Program-made: the position numbers and the translations under genes
In this document: piece by piece, positions 28,785 through 38,294 of the stretch
Numbering within the stretch: position 1 is the stretch's first letter
How the letters are laid out: each line of letters starts with the position of its first letter
Assembly: GCA_963787135.1 (NCBI GenBank)
Contig: CAWBBW010000046.1
Span: forward strand, 1,532-65,531
DNA: 64,000 nucleotides
Direction of reading: 5' to 3'
DNA from: an uncultured Alphaproteobacteria bacterium
GTDB lineage: Bacteria; Pseudomonadota; Alphaproteobacteria; Rhizobiales; Beijerinckiaceae
Notes under the pieces: model-generated
Database searches by the model: none
Told to the model about the DNA's origin: nothing
What the model saw: only the letters and a program-made list of their open reading frames with translations

Positions 28785-29053
28785 CGCATCCTCCTGCTCA
28801 TTTGGGAGCGGCTCGGATCTTGGGACCTACCCGCAGCGCACATGCCCGCGCTTGCGGCCAGCAGGCCCGCCCTGCCGCCATCTGGAGGAAGTCGCGCCGG
28901 CCGAAGTTGGAGGTTCGGGACTTATCGAGGGCATCGCTCTGCTCCTCCTGCCAGCCGCGGGATCAACGCCATCCTTTCGCGCGTGTTCCCTTCGTCACGG
29001 ACTTGTGCCCGGAATTGCGGGGTTGCGGGCGCAGGCGATTCTGATTGCTGAGG

Positions 29054-29329
29054 GAATAGCGTGCCGGGACGCGAGCCCCGGGCAATTTGCGCTTGCCCGG
29101 GGCCGTGAAAACCGCTATTCGCCCGCGACACTTCTCGCGCGCTCTTTCGACGTCGGCGAGAACCCGATGCGCGCCCGTAGCTCAGCTGGAGAATAGCGCG
29201 CCGGGACGCGAGCCCCGGGCGAATTTGTGCTTGCCCGGGGCCGTGAAAACCGCTATTCGCCCGCGACGCTTCTCGCGCGCGCATTCGATCGCCGGCGAGA
29301 ACCCGATGCGCGCCCGTAGCTCAGCTGGA
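29054..29329 (+). repeat. Tandem duplication (137/139 bp) of the tRNA-Arg upstream region plus the first 20 nt of the tRNA
   Basis: 29054-29190 and 29191-29329; both end in GCGCCCGTAGCTCAGCTGGA and both contain TTGCCC-17bp-TATTCG. Confidence 0.9.
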
Positions 29330-29386
29330 TAGAGCACCAGACTACGAATCTGGGGGTCGGGAGTTCGAATCTCTCCGGGCGCGCCA
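29310..29386 (+). tRNA. tRNA-Arg (anticodon ACG)
   Basis: 77 nt; GCGCCCG/CGGGCGC stem, CCAGA-CTACGAA-TCTGG anticodon arm, GTTCGAAT T-loop, CCA. Confidence 0.97.
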
Positions 29387-29459
29387 GTGATTTCAAGCGG
29401 TTATGCGGAACTGGTTTCAGCCGAACATTTTGCTAGCTACCGTCTAGCAACCACTTTGA

Positions 29460-31391
29460 CTGATCTTTTACAATTGCGGCGGCCGGGCGCGTGCAAGTTA
29501 TTGATATTATTGAGGGCGATGAGCAGAAATCGCGATATTGTAGTGCCACGTTTTGAGCTGATTTATATTGATTGTGTTGGAATCGACGGCGATACTGTGC
29601 GCACCACGATTGAGTCGGCTCTCGGTTCCCCGCCATGTATTTTCGCAGGAAGACCTCGGCAGGCCGCGCCTATCTGCAAATCGTCGAAAGCCGACGCGAA
29701 GGCGCAGCGGTGCGCCAGCAGGTGATCGCGACGTTGGGGCGGATTGAGGATCTGCAGGAGAGCGGGCAGTTGGAGCGGCTGTTGCGCTCGGGGGCGCGCT
29801 TTGCCGACAAGGCGATTGTGCTCGACGCGCTCGACCGCGGCGAGGCGACGGTTGTCTCGACCCGGCGCATCGGGCCGGCGCTCGCCTTCGAGCGGGTGTG
29901 GGAGGAGACGGGCTGCCGGGGCGTGATCGAGCGCCTGGCGAGCAAACGCGGGCATGAGTTCTCGCTGGAGCGCGCGGCGTTTCTAACCGTGCTGCATCGT
30001 TTGTTCGGCGGCGGGTCGGATCGCGCTGCGGACCGCTGGCGCGAGGATTATCGCATCGACGGCGTTGAAGGTCTCGAACTGCATCATCTCTATCGGGCCA
30101 TGGCTTGGCTCGGCGAGGAGTTGCCGGAGAACGAGCAGGACGGCGCGACGCCGTTCGCGCGGCGCTGCGTGAAGGACGTTCTGGAGGAGGAGTTGTTCGC
30201 CTGTCGGCGCGACCTGCTGACCACGCTCGACGTCGTGTTCATGGATACGACGAGCCTCTATTTCGAGGGCGCGGGCGGTCAGACGCTTGGACAGCGCGGG
30301 TTCTCCAAAGACCACCGACCGGACTTGAACCAGATGATCCTGGCCGTGCTCCTCGACGGCGACGGACGGCCGGTGTGTACGCAGATGTGGCCGGGCAACA
30401 CCGCCGATGTCGGCAGCCTCATCCCGACGATCGATCGCTTGCAGCGGCGCTTTCGCATCAACCGCGTCTGCGTCGTCGCCGATCGTGGCATGATCAGCGC
30501 CGAGACGATCGCCGAACTCGAAGCGCGAAGGCTGCTCTATGTGCTGGGTGTGCGCGAGCGCACCGACAAGCTGGTGCGCGAACTCGCGCTCGACGACCCC
30601 GCCCCATTCGTTCCCTACGTTCTCATGAAGCGCGGCGACGAGGTCGACTACGAGGCCAAGGCGGTCGCGCTCGCCGGCCGGCGCTACATCGTCTGCCGCA
30701 ATCTCAATCAGATGAAGAAAGACGCAGCCGACCGCGCCGCGATCGTCGCCGCGCTGGAGCGGCAGTTGCAGAACGGCGTGAAAAGCCTGGTCGGCAACAA
30801 GGGTTTTCGCCGCTTCCTCGCCAACCTACATGGCGATGGTTTTTCCATCGATCGCGCCAAGGTCGTGGAGGACGCCAAATTCGACGGCGTGTTCGTGCTG
30901 CGGACCAACGCCTCGCTGTCGCCGATCGAAGCGATGCTCGTCTACAAACAATTGTGGACCGTGGAGCGGGCGTTCCGAACCACGAAAAGTCTGTTCGAGA
31001 CGCGGCCGATCTATCACAAGCTCGACGAGACGATCCGCGGCCATGTCGCCTGCAGCTTCCTGGCGCTGGTGGTGAAGAAGGAGTTGGAAGACCGCCTCGC
31101 CGCCGCGAACAATGGCGCTCGCGCGTCGTGGCCCGACGTCATCGCCGATCTCGACTCGCTCACTGAGACCGAGGTCGAGCAGGACGCCAAGCGCTTCCTG
31201 CTGCGCTCCGCTCCGCGCCTGGCCGCAAGCCTCGCGCTTTCCGCCCTCGGCGTCGCCCTGCCGCCGACGCTGCGCCAGATCACAGGCGCCTGACCCACAG
31301 CCGAAACCAGTAATGTAGTGCCACGCCATCACCGCGACGCGCTTTTGTGTTTGCGGTCAATGACTTGGCTTTTCGCACTGTCGAAGATCAG
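29460..31391 (+). mobile_element. IS1634-family insertion sequence
   Basis: Terminal inverted CTGATCTT...AAGATCAG; 5-bp target duplication TTTGA at 29455-29459 and 31392-31396. Confidence 0.85.
29635..31293 (+). CDS. IS1634-family DDE transposase
   Basis: 552 aa; YLQIVESRREG, FMDTTSLYFEG, VVADRGM, VERAFRTTK, IRGHVACSFLAL. Confidence 0.92.
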   Translation: MYFRRKTSAGRAYLQIVESRREGAAVRQQVIATLGRIEDLQESGQLERLLRSGARFADKAIVLDALDRGEATVVSTRRIGPALAFERVWEETGCRGVIERLASKRGHEFSLERAAFLTVLHRLFGGGSDRAADRWREDYRIDGVEGLELHHLYRAMAWLGEELPENEQDGATPFARRCVKDVLEEELFACRRDLLTTLDVVFMDTTSLYFEGAGGQTLGQRGFSKDHRPDLNQMILAVLLDGDGRPVCTQMWPGNTADVGSLIPTIDRLQRRFRINRVCVVADRGMISAETIAELEARRLLYVLGVRERTDKLVRELALDDPAPFVPYVLMKRGDEVDYEAKAVALAGRRYIVCRNLNQMKKDAADRAAIVAALERQLQNGVKSLVGNKGFRRFLANLHGDGFSIDRAKVVEDAKFDGVFVLRTNASLSPIEAMLVYKQLWTVERAFRTTKSLFETRPIYHKLDETIRGHVACSFLALVVKKELEDRLAAANNGARASWPDVIADLDSLTETEVEQDAKRFLLRSAPRLAASLALSALGVALPPTLRQITGA

Positions 31392-31455
31392 TTTGACGGC
31401 CTTCCCCGAAGTCAGCGCGGAGCCCTTTGGCGAGAGGTGGGCAAAGCAACTTGAT

Positions 31456-31824
31456 CTACAGCTTATTAGCAGCGTCACCGAATATAAAATTGCCAGTCGT
31501 CCCGTCGTTGAGAGTAAAGGTTCCACCGCCGCTCATCCCGCCGTAGTCCCGAGTAGCAATCAGTATGCCCTTGCGCCCATCATTGCACAACACCGGAACC
31601 GAGAAAGTTGGCAATAAATGACCTAAGCTGTAGGTTCCAGCACAAGACAGCGCGCCGCTGGAAACATTGAAATAGCCTAAGCCTTCGGAAACTGAAACTG
31701 TGATTGTACCGCGCATGATTCCCTGTGGTACACCTTTACTAACCACAGCCACCGGAACATCAAGCGGACCGGCACATGACGCTAGCGGCAGCCCCGCAAT
31801 CGCAATGAGAGCCGCCCGCCTCAC
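31456..31824 (-). CDS. Lipoprotein, hypothetical
   Basis: Lipobox LASC at residue 17; GAGG ribosome-binding site. Confidence 0.75.
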   Translation of the reverse strand: MRRAALIAIAGLPLASCAGPLDVPVAVVSKGVPQGIMRGTITVSVSEGLGYFNVSSGALSCAGTYSLGHLLPTFSVPVLCNDGRKGILIATRDYGGMSGGGTFTLNDGTTGNFIFGDAANKL

Positions 31825-32079
31825 TGAAACCTCTTGACATAAAAACGCGCCGTCTTAGCGTCCATCTTATTATTGACGCCGGTTTGCTCTTTGACAAGCA
31901 GGAGAATTCCGGAAATTTCTCACTTCGCTTATCGGGGATGTCTGGGCCGCGCTGGCAAGCGAGTTTTTGCCCCCGGCGGGTGCGGGGCGGGTCAAGCTTA
32001 GGCGCGCCACGGCCCGGCGGAGGTACCTAGGGACCGGCGGGAAGGGAAAGCTTTTCCGTCGGTTTCCCCCCTATCTACT

Positions 32080-32835
32080 TTAGCGCGATCTCGATCCGGC
32101 CTGCAGTTCGAGAAGCAATTTCTGCGCGACCTCTTCAACCGTCAGGAAGTCCTGTAACAACTGAAAATGAAATATGACTGGCGGTTTGTTATCGTCGAGC
32201 GTGTGTTTCATCACTGGATGAAATTCCTCAAGTCTTCGCTGCTTGGCGCATAGCCGGTCGTATTCGTCGGTGTCCTTGGTCTCACGCTTTCGAGCTTCGA
32301 GCGCTTCATACTCGGCATCGTGTTCTTGCGACACGATGTATGGCGGAATGTAGAGCGGTATCCTGTGCGCAAGGGCGTCTCTGAAATCGATGATGTGAGC
32401 GAACCACGCGTCCAAGCCGATCAGAGAGTCGCGCATATCTGGAGAGAACGAGCCGCGGACGACCTCGCATTTGGGTCCAAGTCCGATCTCCCTCTTGCCG
32501 ACTTTCAGCGGTTTCTCGCTGACCCAAATCCAGGCGAGGTTATCTAGCGCGCCAAAGATGTTCATTACGAAGGACTGGATGAAGACTGTAGCGCCGAACA
32601 AAATGCGGTCGGACGGTCGTTCGTCCTGTTCCGGCGGAAGAATCTCGAACACCCGCTCGATGCAGTGATGCATCGTGTGGAACCGGCGCAGGAAGCCTTG
32701 GGTCGAGTAGTTTTTCCCGGCTTGGCTTTTGTACGGGAAAAACGCGTAAGCTTCCGCCAGCGAGTTGAGACGCCCCTGAAGCGTAGCGTAGCTGTCGGCG
32801 AGGGCTTGCAGATCGCGTGGGCTAAAGCGTGCCAT
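32080..32835 (-). CDS. HEPN-motif protein (Cthe_2314-like, inferred)
   Basis: 251 aa, helical; GALDNLAW followed by RDALAH (RxxxxH). Confidence 0.7.
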   Translation of the reverse strand: MARFSPRDLQALADSYATLQGRLNSLAEAYAFFPYKSQAGKNYSTQGFLRRFHTMHHCIERVFEILPPEQDERPSDRILFGATVFIQSFVMNIFGALDNLAWIWVSEKPLKVGKREIGLGPKCEVVRGSFSPDMRDSLIGLDAWFAHIIDFRDALAHRIPLYIPPYIVSQEHDAEYEALEARKRETKDTDEYDRLCAKQRRLEEFHPVMKHTLDDNKPPVIFHFQLLQDFLTVEEVAQKLLLELQAGSRSR

Positions 32836-34276
32836 GTTTCTGATCTGTCGCGGGTGCGACCGATGGGACCGGCTCTTTCAAGGGCCTCATTGGAATGCCC
32901 GGCGACGCATAGTCGAGATAGAAATCTGCGGCTCCCGTTATGCCGAGGAGCATGCGATGGAAGAGAACCATCAGCAGCTTCATGTCGCGGATCGCTTCGA
33001 GTTCCTCGCCTTCTGGTATCGGAATTCCGTGGGCTGATTTGTTTCTTCGCCGCCATGCTGCATCTTCGTCTGGCCCGATCTCGATTTTAATCATCTCGGT
33101 CAGCGCTTTGAGCAGATCGCGCTGCGGTGCAGAATTCGCGTTGCTCTTAATTTTTTCGCTTACAGCCGCCTTGTCCTCCTCCGAGATTGAGGCTTTCGCG
33201 ACGACGGCGGTGATGGTGTCCAGCAGTTCATCCCATTGGGCGTCAGGCAATATCCTGGTTCGAAACTTCCCGGGATTCAGCTTGCCGTAGGATCGTTGCA
33301 GGGCCTCTATGGCAGACCCAAAATGCGCTGGGCCGATATGGGGCGGCGCTGTACGGGCGTGCCAATACGCCCAGCTCAAATTACCGAGGTCTAGGTCATC
33401 GTACATCGAAAAAAAACGCTCGACCATTCGCGTAAGTTTTGTGCGACTGATGTCGTGCTGGAAGTTGCGGTCGGTGAGCCAAACGAGTGGGTGCAGGGGT
33501 AGATCGGACGCTCGGTTTCCCAAACTGTAAGCGGTCCTCGCCGTAGCCGCGACTACCTGCCAGTCTTTATCGAAAATCGTGTGGCCGATTTCGACGAGAT
33601 AGACGCCAAGAGCAAACGAGAGCGCGGTCCGAAACTTCTTTCTGGTGTTGTCGTCCGGCAGGCCGTCGTAGACGATGTAGCCAGACCTCGGCGTCACGCT
33701 CTCCTCTACCGGATCAGGTGCGCAGATATAAAGTTTATGACCGCCTATGGTGAGAACCGCCGTCTGTCCTGATCCGCCTCCATCGTTGGAATGAGAAATG
33801 GTGAAGCCGTCCTCGCCGAACGAGATACTGGTCTTACTGTCCGTGACCCTCCTGACTCTGTCTGGCCACATGTGATGGGACGGCAAGTTCTCCAGCCATT
33901 CGATTGTGTAAGCGGCTGGTCCAGCATTCGGGAGCGTTACGGTGAGTTCATGGATCCTCGCGGTTTCCAGGACAGGGTCCGCGTCCGGGTGTAACCTCGT
34001 CGTGTTCAGACCGGACAAGGTCGCCTTGGTACCGTACCGGTGCGTCAGCTCTACCTTGTCTGTATTGATGCGCACGGTTCCGGGTGGGATCTCGCGCGCT
34101 GTTGATTTCGCGCCCTTCGCTGCTTCTATGTCGATGAAAAGCGCGAACCTCTCATCGCGACGAACCCTGAAGCTAAGAATCGGATGGCGCAACGGTCCCG
34201 GATCGGCAACGCCAAAACCAGGCTCGTTGAGTATCTCGATGGCTTGATTTTGCCAGTTCAGCGCGGCGGTTGTCAA
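32822..34276 (-). CDS. Large protein with C-terminal HEPN motif (ApeA-like architecture, inferred)
   Basis: 484 aa; AIEALQR then RRNKSAHG near the C-terminus; overlaps the downstream gene by 14 bp. Confidence 0.7.
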   Translation of the reverse strand: MTTAALNWQNQAIEILNEPGFGVADPGPLRHPILSFRVRRDERFALFIDIEAAKGAKSTAREIPPGTVRINTDKVELTHRYGTKATLSGLNTTRLHPDADPVLETARIHELTVTLPNAGPAAYTIEWLENLPSHHMWPDRVRRVTDSKTSISFGEDGFTISHSNDGGGSGQTAVLTIGGHKLYICAPDPVEESVTPRSGYIVYDGLPDDNTRKKFRTALSFALGVYLVEIGHTIFDKDWQVVAATARTAYSLGNRASDLPLHPLVWLTDRNFQHDISRTKLTRMVERFFSMYDDLDLGNLSWAYWHARTAPPHIGPAHFGSAIEALQRSYGKLNPGKFRTRILPDAQWDELLDTITAVVAKASISEEDKAAVSEKIKSNANSAPQRDLLKALTEMIKIEIGPDEDAAWRRRNKSAHGIPIPEGEELEAIRDMKLLMVLFHRMLLGITGAADFYLDYASPGIPMRPLKEPVPSVAPATDQKHGTL

Positions 34277-34309
34277 CGAATTGATTCGACGTTCAAGGTT
34301 TCAGGTGCA

Positions 34310-35107
34310 TCAACCGCCTGCGGGCCTGCTATGAGGTGCGCGCTGTCGTGCCAGCAGAATGCGAAGTAGGCGCGTTCCGGAATCGATCGCTCTCGTGATT
34401 TCGGTCTCCTCCGCATCGCGCCCGTGCACGATCTGATTTCGAACTTGATTAAACAGGCCAAGTGCAGCCGCATCCTCGCGCGTGAGCTGTTCAGCCTCCA
34501 CCAGTTGCCGGATCAACATACTGAGCGACAAATTAGTGCGTGAAACACCCACGGCGTAGTCCGACGCCAACTCGCGGGCTGCTCGCTCCATCTTCGCGGA
34601 CAGCAGCATGAGACCGAGACGCGGCGAACGGCTGGCTTCACGGAGCACCTCTTCGATTTCTGTATCTGCTGTTGTGAATCCCGTGCTTCCTTCGGCCTCG
34701 ACATGACCACTCACTGCGGACACTGACCCGGCTCCTGTCGCCAAACCAGCCCCCGAGATAGTGACAGCCACGGTCTCAGTTACCTCCGCCGCTTCAGTCT
34801 TCGCCTGCAGCTCGTCCAGTTCAAACTCCTGTCCGAGAAGCTTTCCCTTCCTGATCCTCGACAGGACGGCGCGAATCTCTGGCCTGAACCACCCTACAAG
34901 TGTGAGCACAGCGACCGGCCACATCAGAGCCGCGAATGCTGAGATCAGGTCCGCCAATTCCTTGGCGGTCGATACCAAGCGAATTGCCAGAACGGCGATA
35001 ACGAGGACGACGAACGGCCAGACCACGGCAAGGATCAAGTTATATCTGCGCTGTGGCGTCCACAGCCAAGTCAGGCGAGATCGCATGGCTTCCCACTGAT
35101 CCAACAT
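34310..35107 (-). CDS. Two-TM membrane protein with C-terminal HEPN-like motif
   Basis: Two N-terminal hydrophobic helices; C-terminal FNQVRNQIVHG (RxxxxH). Confidence 0.7.
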   Translation of the reverse strand: MLDQWEAMRSRLTWLWTPQRRYNLILAVVWPFVVLVIAVLAIRLVSTAKELADLISAFAALMWPVAVLTLVGWFRPEIRAVLSRIRKGKLLGQEFELDELQAKTEAAEVTETVAVTISGAGLATGAGSVSAVSGHVEAEGSTGFTTADTEIEEVLREASRSPRLGLMLLSAKMERAARELASDYAVGVSRTNLSLSMLIRQLVEAEQLTREDAAALGLFNQVRNQIVHGRDAEETEITRAIDSGTRLLRILLARQRAPHSRPAGG

Positions 35108-35280
35108 TGGCGCAACCTCGGCCCTCGCCCAACTCGCTGCGTCGTCTGCGAGACCGTCGGATCGGGATCAAACAACGCCAGCGGCGGTTAGTCACTGCGC
35201 GCGATTCTCATTGGTTCATAATGCCCGGTTAGTCGCAATTCCCGCCGCTAAGCCATTGTTCTAGCTATAACAATATCAGC

Positions 35281-35325
35281 CTATGAATCTGGGGGTCAGG
35301 AGTTCGAATGTCTTAGGGCGCGCCA
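35281..35325 (+). repeat. Degenerate tRNA-Arg 3'-half duplication (att remnant)
   Basis: 40/45 identity to 29342-29386. Confidence 0.85.
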
Positions 35326-35484
35326 ACACAGCTGCGATGCAGAAGGAAACCGGCCTGCTGCGCCTAGTCGGGTACGTCCCCTCTGAGGGCGGGAAGCAAG
35401 CGGGAATTGCGGCGCCTCCGCCGACCATCTGCTCGACGCAAAGCGGAGTTTCGGGGACCGACCGGTTATACATTGGCTCTCAAG

Positions 35485-36438
35485 CTAGTGGGCAAAGCCA
35501 AGGGGAGCGAACTCCGCCAAACCGTACATCCACACGATGAGCGTGGCGACAGAACACAGCGTCGTCATTGAGACAGTCGCGGCGACAAGCGGCTCCTCAC
35601 AGCGATATTCCCCCGCGAGAATATAGACCGTCTTGGCCGTCGGCACTCCGGCGCAGATGACGGCTGCGGCGGTATAGAGCGGGTCAAGTTGAACTCCGAC
35701 AGACAGACCGAGGACGACGAGCGGCATAATCAAGAGCTTGACAATCGTCAGCGAGGCCGAGCGACCGAAATTGGCAAGCAGTCCGTCGATCGAGAGGCCG
35801 AGCCCTATCGCGAAGAGAGCGCAGGCTGTCAGCGCGTCGGCGAGAATGCGGAGGTATGCGCTGACGGGCCCTGGCATCGGAGCGCGCAACGCGGACCAAG
35901 CGACGCCGATCAAGGTGGAAAGGACCATGGGATTTAGGATGACGCGCCGCGCCAGCTTGGCCGGCCCGACGCGCAAACCGCGGGCGTTGTTTGGATCGAG
36001 CTCCTGCAGAACCACTGCGGCGGGAAACATCACAACTGCGACAAAGACCGTTGCGATCGCTGCCGGCAGCACCGCCCGCGGTCCATAGGTCGCCTGCAAA
36101 ATCGGCAGCGCGACGAAGCCCGTGTTTGTCATTGAGGCGGCCCAGCCCTGCATTGATGGCCCGGCCACGCCATTATCGCCCAGGATGCGCACCGCGAGGA
36201 ATACCAGAGCAAAGCAAATCAGCGAACCTCCGCCGAACGCAATCAGGAATCGCCACGCCAGCAGAGCGCGCGCGGGCTCTTGCGCAATCGTGAGCACCAG
36301 CAGCGCCGGCATCGCGATGTTGTAGGCGAAATGAATCAACCCGTCCGACAAGTCGCGCGATACATAGCCTGCAAAGCCGGCGGCCCAGCCAGTGACTATC
36401 ACCGCGAACACCGGCAAGATGAGACCCGCGACTTCCAT
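35485..36438 (-). CDS. AEC-family membrane transporter
   Basis: ILPVFAVIVTGW, IAMPALL, NTGFVALPI, NPMVLST, VKLLIMP. Confidence 0.9.
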   Translation of the reverse strand: MEVAGLILPVFAVIVTGWAAGFAGYVSRDLSDGLIHFAYNIAMPALLVLTIAQEPARALLAWRFLIAFGGGSLICFALVFLAVRILGDNGVAGPSMQGWAASMTNTGFVALPILQATYGPRAVLPAAIATVFVAVVMFPAAVVLQELDPNNARGLRVGPAKLARRVILNPMVLSTLIGVAWSALRAPMPGPVSAYLRILADALTACALFAIGLGLSIDGLLANFGRSASLTIVKLLIMPLVVLGLSVGVQLDPLYTAAAVICAGVPTAKTVYILAGEYRCEEPLVAATVSMTTLCSVATLIVWMYGLAEFAPLGFAH

Positions 36439-36576
36439 TCCCGCCTCTATGTGCCGAGCATGCCAACTTCGGACATGGTTTCAGACAATGTCCATCGTGA
36501 AAGCGACCTGTGCACGTTTGTTCGATTGCGTGACGGACGCCAAGCGTTCTCGTTCGCGAAGCGCGTGAATGCCGCA

Positions 36577-36858
36577 TCATGCCGCCGAGAGCCGCACGCG
36601 GAACTTGCTGCCGGTCGCCTCGGCATAGCGCAAAAGCGTCTTTGTGCTCGGGAGTGTTTGACCGCTTTCGAGTCGGGCGATCGTGGACTGGCTGGTTCCC
36701 ATCCGCTGAGCGAGTTGGGCTTGCGAAAGACCTGCCCTCTGGCGAGCCCTGAGCATCTCGCCGGCAATCTCGAACTCCGGAGCGAGCGCTTCATACTCGG
36801 CCTTGACCTTGGGATTGGCCAGCAAACGAGCCTTCAGCTTTTCGAACGGGATGCTCAT
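36577..36858 (-). CDS. higA: HigA-like XRE antitoxin
   Basis: RARQRAGLSQAQLAQRMGTSQSTIARLESG; ATGA overlap with the toxin remnant. Confidence 0.8.
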   Translation of the reverse strand: MSIPFEKLKARLLANPKVKAEYEALAPEFEIAGEMLRARQRAGLSQAQLAQRMGTSQSTIARLESGQTLPSTKTLLRYAEATGSKFRVRLSAA

Positions 36859-37128
36859 GTGATCTCCTTTGCCCGCCCCAGCGCGAGCTCGATTTCTGTT
36901 CGCGGGGTCTTTTGCGTCTTCTTCACGAACGCCCGGACCACGACGACCCTGCGGCCGATTGCCGTGACGTAAAGCACGCGGGCAATTCCATCGCGGCCTG
37001 TCAGTCGCAATTCCCACAACTTGCCCTCAAGATGCGGCCAGTCGAAGAAACCGGGCCTGCATGTCGGCCGGGAGGGCCGCGATCTCGGCGACGACGATCT
37101 CGTTCAGGATTTCGACGCGCCAAGACAT
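36855..37128 (-). pseudogene. higB: HigB/RelE-like toxin with internal deletion and frameshift
   Basis: MSWRVEILNE...QARFLRLA joins out of frame to HLEGKLWELRL...FVKKTQKTP; 274 bp. Confidence 0.75.
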
Positions 37129-37261
37129 ACCCATTCGTATCTCAATTTTAAGATAAATGGAAGAACGGATGCGCAGTAAATTCGGCGGCCCCTTCGTACG
37201 CGGCGCCTCCCGCGCACCGGGGCGCCAGTAAGCAGTCGGCGCCGTGATGGCGCCCGGACTG

Positions 37262-37840
37262 CTAGAGCGGCATGCGAGGTGAAGCCTCGGATTGGGTGAG
37301 CGGCTCTGCCGGCCTCAGCGACGCCAGGCAGCGGCGAGCCAATTCCTGGTATTTCCTCGTGCCCTCGATTTTCAGCGCGAGCTCATCCGCCGAAAGCTCC
37401 CGCATAACGCGTGCGGGCACGCCGGCCGCCAGATGCCGGGCGGGAATTTCCGCCCCCGCCTTGACGAAGCTCATCGCCCCGATCATCGCCGAGTCCCCGA
37501 TCTTCGCATGATCCATGACGACGGCGTTCATTCCGACAAGGACATTGGACCCGAGCTCTGCGCTGTGAACGATCGCGCCGTGCCCGATATGGCCATCCGC
37601 CCCGATGATCGAACTGAAGCCGGGCAGGCTGTGGAGCGTGCAATTGTCCTGCACGTTGGACCCCCGCCGCACGATGATCCGGCCGAAATCGCCGCGAAGC
37701 GATGCGCAGGGCCCGACATAGCAGCCTTCCTCGACAATGACGTCGCCGATCAGAACCGCCTCGGGATGGACGAAAGCGCCGGGATGGATGACTGGCGTCA
37801 CACCGTCGATCGAATAGACTTTCGGGTGGGCATTCTGCAT
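37262..37840 (-). CDS. PaaY/CaiE-like gamma-carbonic-anhydrase family protein
   Basis: Hexapeptide repeats; LRGDFG, NVQDNCTLH, HIGHGAIVH. Confidence 0.88.
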   Translation of the reverse strand: MQNAHPKVYSIDGVTPVIHPGAFVHPEAVLIGDVIVEEGCYVGPCASLRGDFGRIIVRRGSNVQDNCTLHSLPGFSSIIGADGHIGHGAIVHSAELGSNVLVGMNAVVMDHAKIGDSAMIGAMSFVKAGAEIPARHLAAGVPARVMRELSADELALKIEGTRKYQELARRCLASLRPAEPLTQSEASPRMPL

Positions 37841-38023
37841 GACGTCGTTCCTAAGAGGGCGGCGAGCGGACGCCTGCGCCGGTGGCTCGCGAGTTGCGTC
37901 GAGGCGGAACCTGGCCTCGGCTCCTCGAGTCGACGGCGGTCAGGGGAGGCAATGCCGGATCGCTCGGCCGGCCCAATCCGGGGGAGGCGGCGCGAGATCC
38001 GCCGTTGCGGACGGAGCCCCGGC

Positions 38024-38269
38024 TCAGGAATGAAGCTGTTGGTATTTTTCCTCTAGTTCCTCGCGCGTTTCCGGCCAATCCGGATTGGCGACGATGCACT
38101 GCGCCGGACAGACGAGCTTGCATTGCGGCTCATCGTTCGCCCCGACGCATTCGGTGCAGCGCAAAGCATCGATGACGAAAAGGGACTCGCCCGCCGAGAT
38201 CGCCTCGTTCGGACACACCGGGCGGCACGCGTCGCATGCGGTGCAATCTTCATTGATCATGAGGGCCAT
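38024..38269 (-). CDS. 2[4Fe-4S] ferredoxin (YfhL type), likely electron donor to BCR
   Basis: CTACDACRPVCP and CTECVG...CKLVCP. Confidence 0.93.
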   Translation of the reverse strand: MALMINEDCTACDACRPVCPNEAISAGESLFVIDALRCTECVGANDEPQCKLVCPAQCIVANPDWPETREELEEKYQQLHS

Positions 38270-38294
38270 ATCGAGGTCTCCTGTTTCTCACGCC

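Larger units (their letters stand above)
29342..35325. mobile_element. Degraded genomic island at tRNA-Arg (no integrase visible)
   Basis: 3' 45 nt of the tRNA (29342-29386) repeated at 35281-35325 with 5 mismatches. Confidence 0.75.

Noticed and set aside
29054-29329. 139-bp repeat as a CRISPR array, or as a second tRNA gene at 29171
   Set aside because: Only two units; the first tRNA-like copy stops after 20 nt and cannot fold into a cloverleaf.
31940-32075. GC-rich non-coding stretch with GGTACCTAGGGACC, reminiscent of a phage packaging site
   Set aside because: No packaging genes nearby and no defined consensus I can verify.
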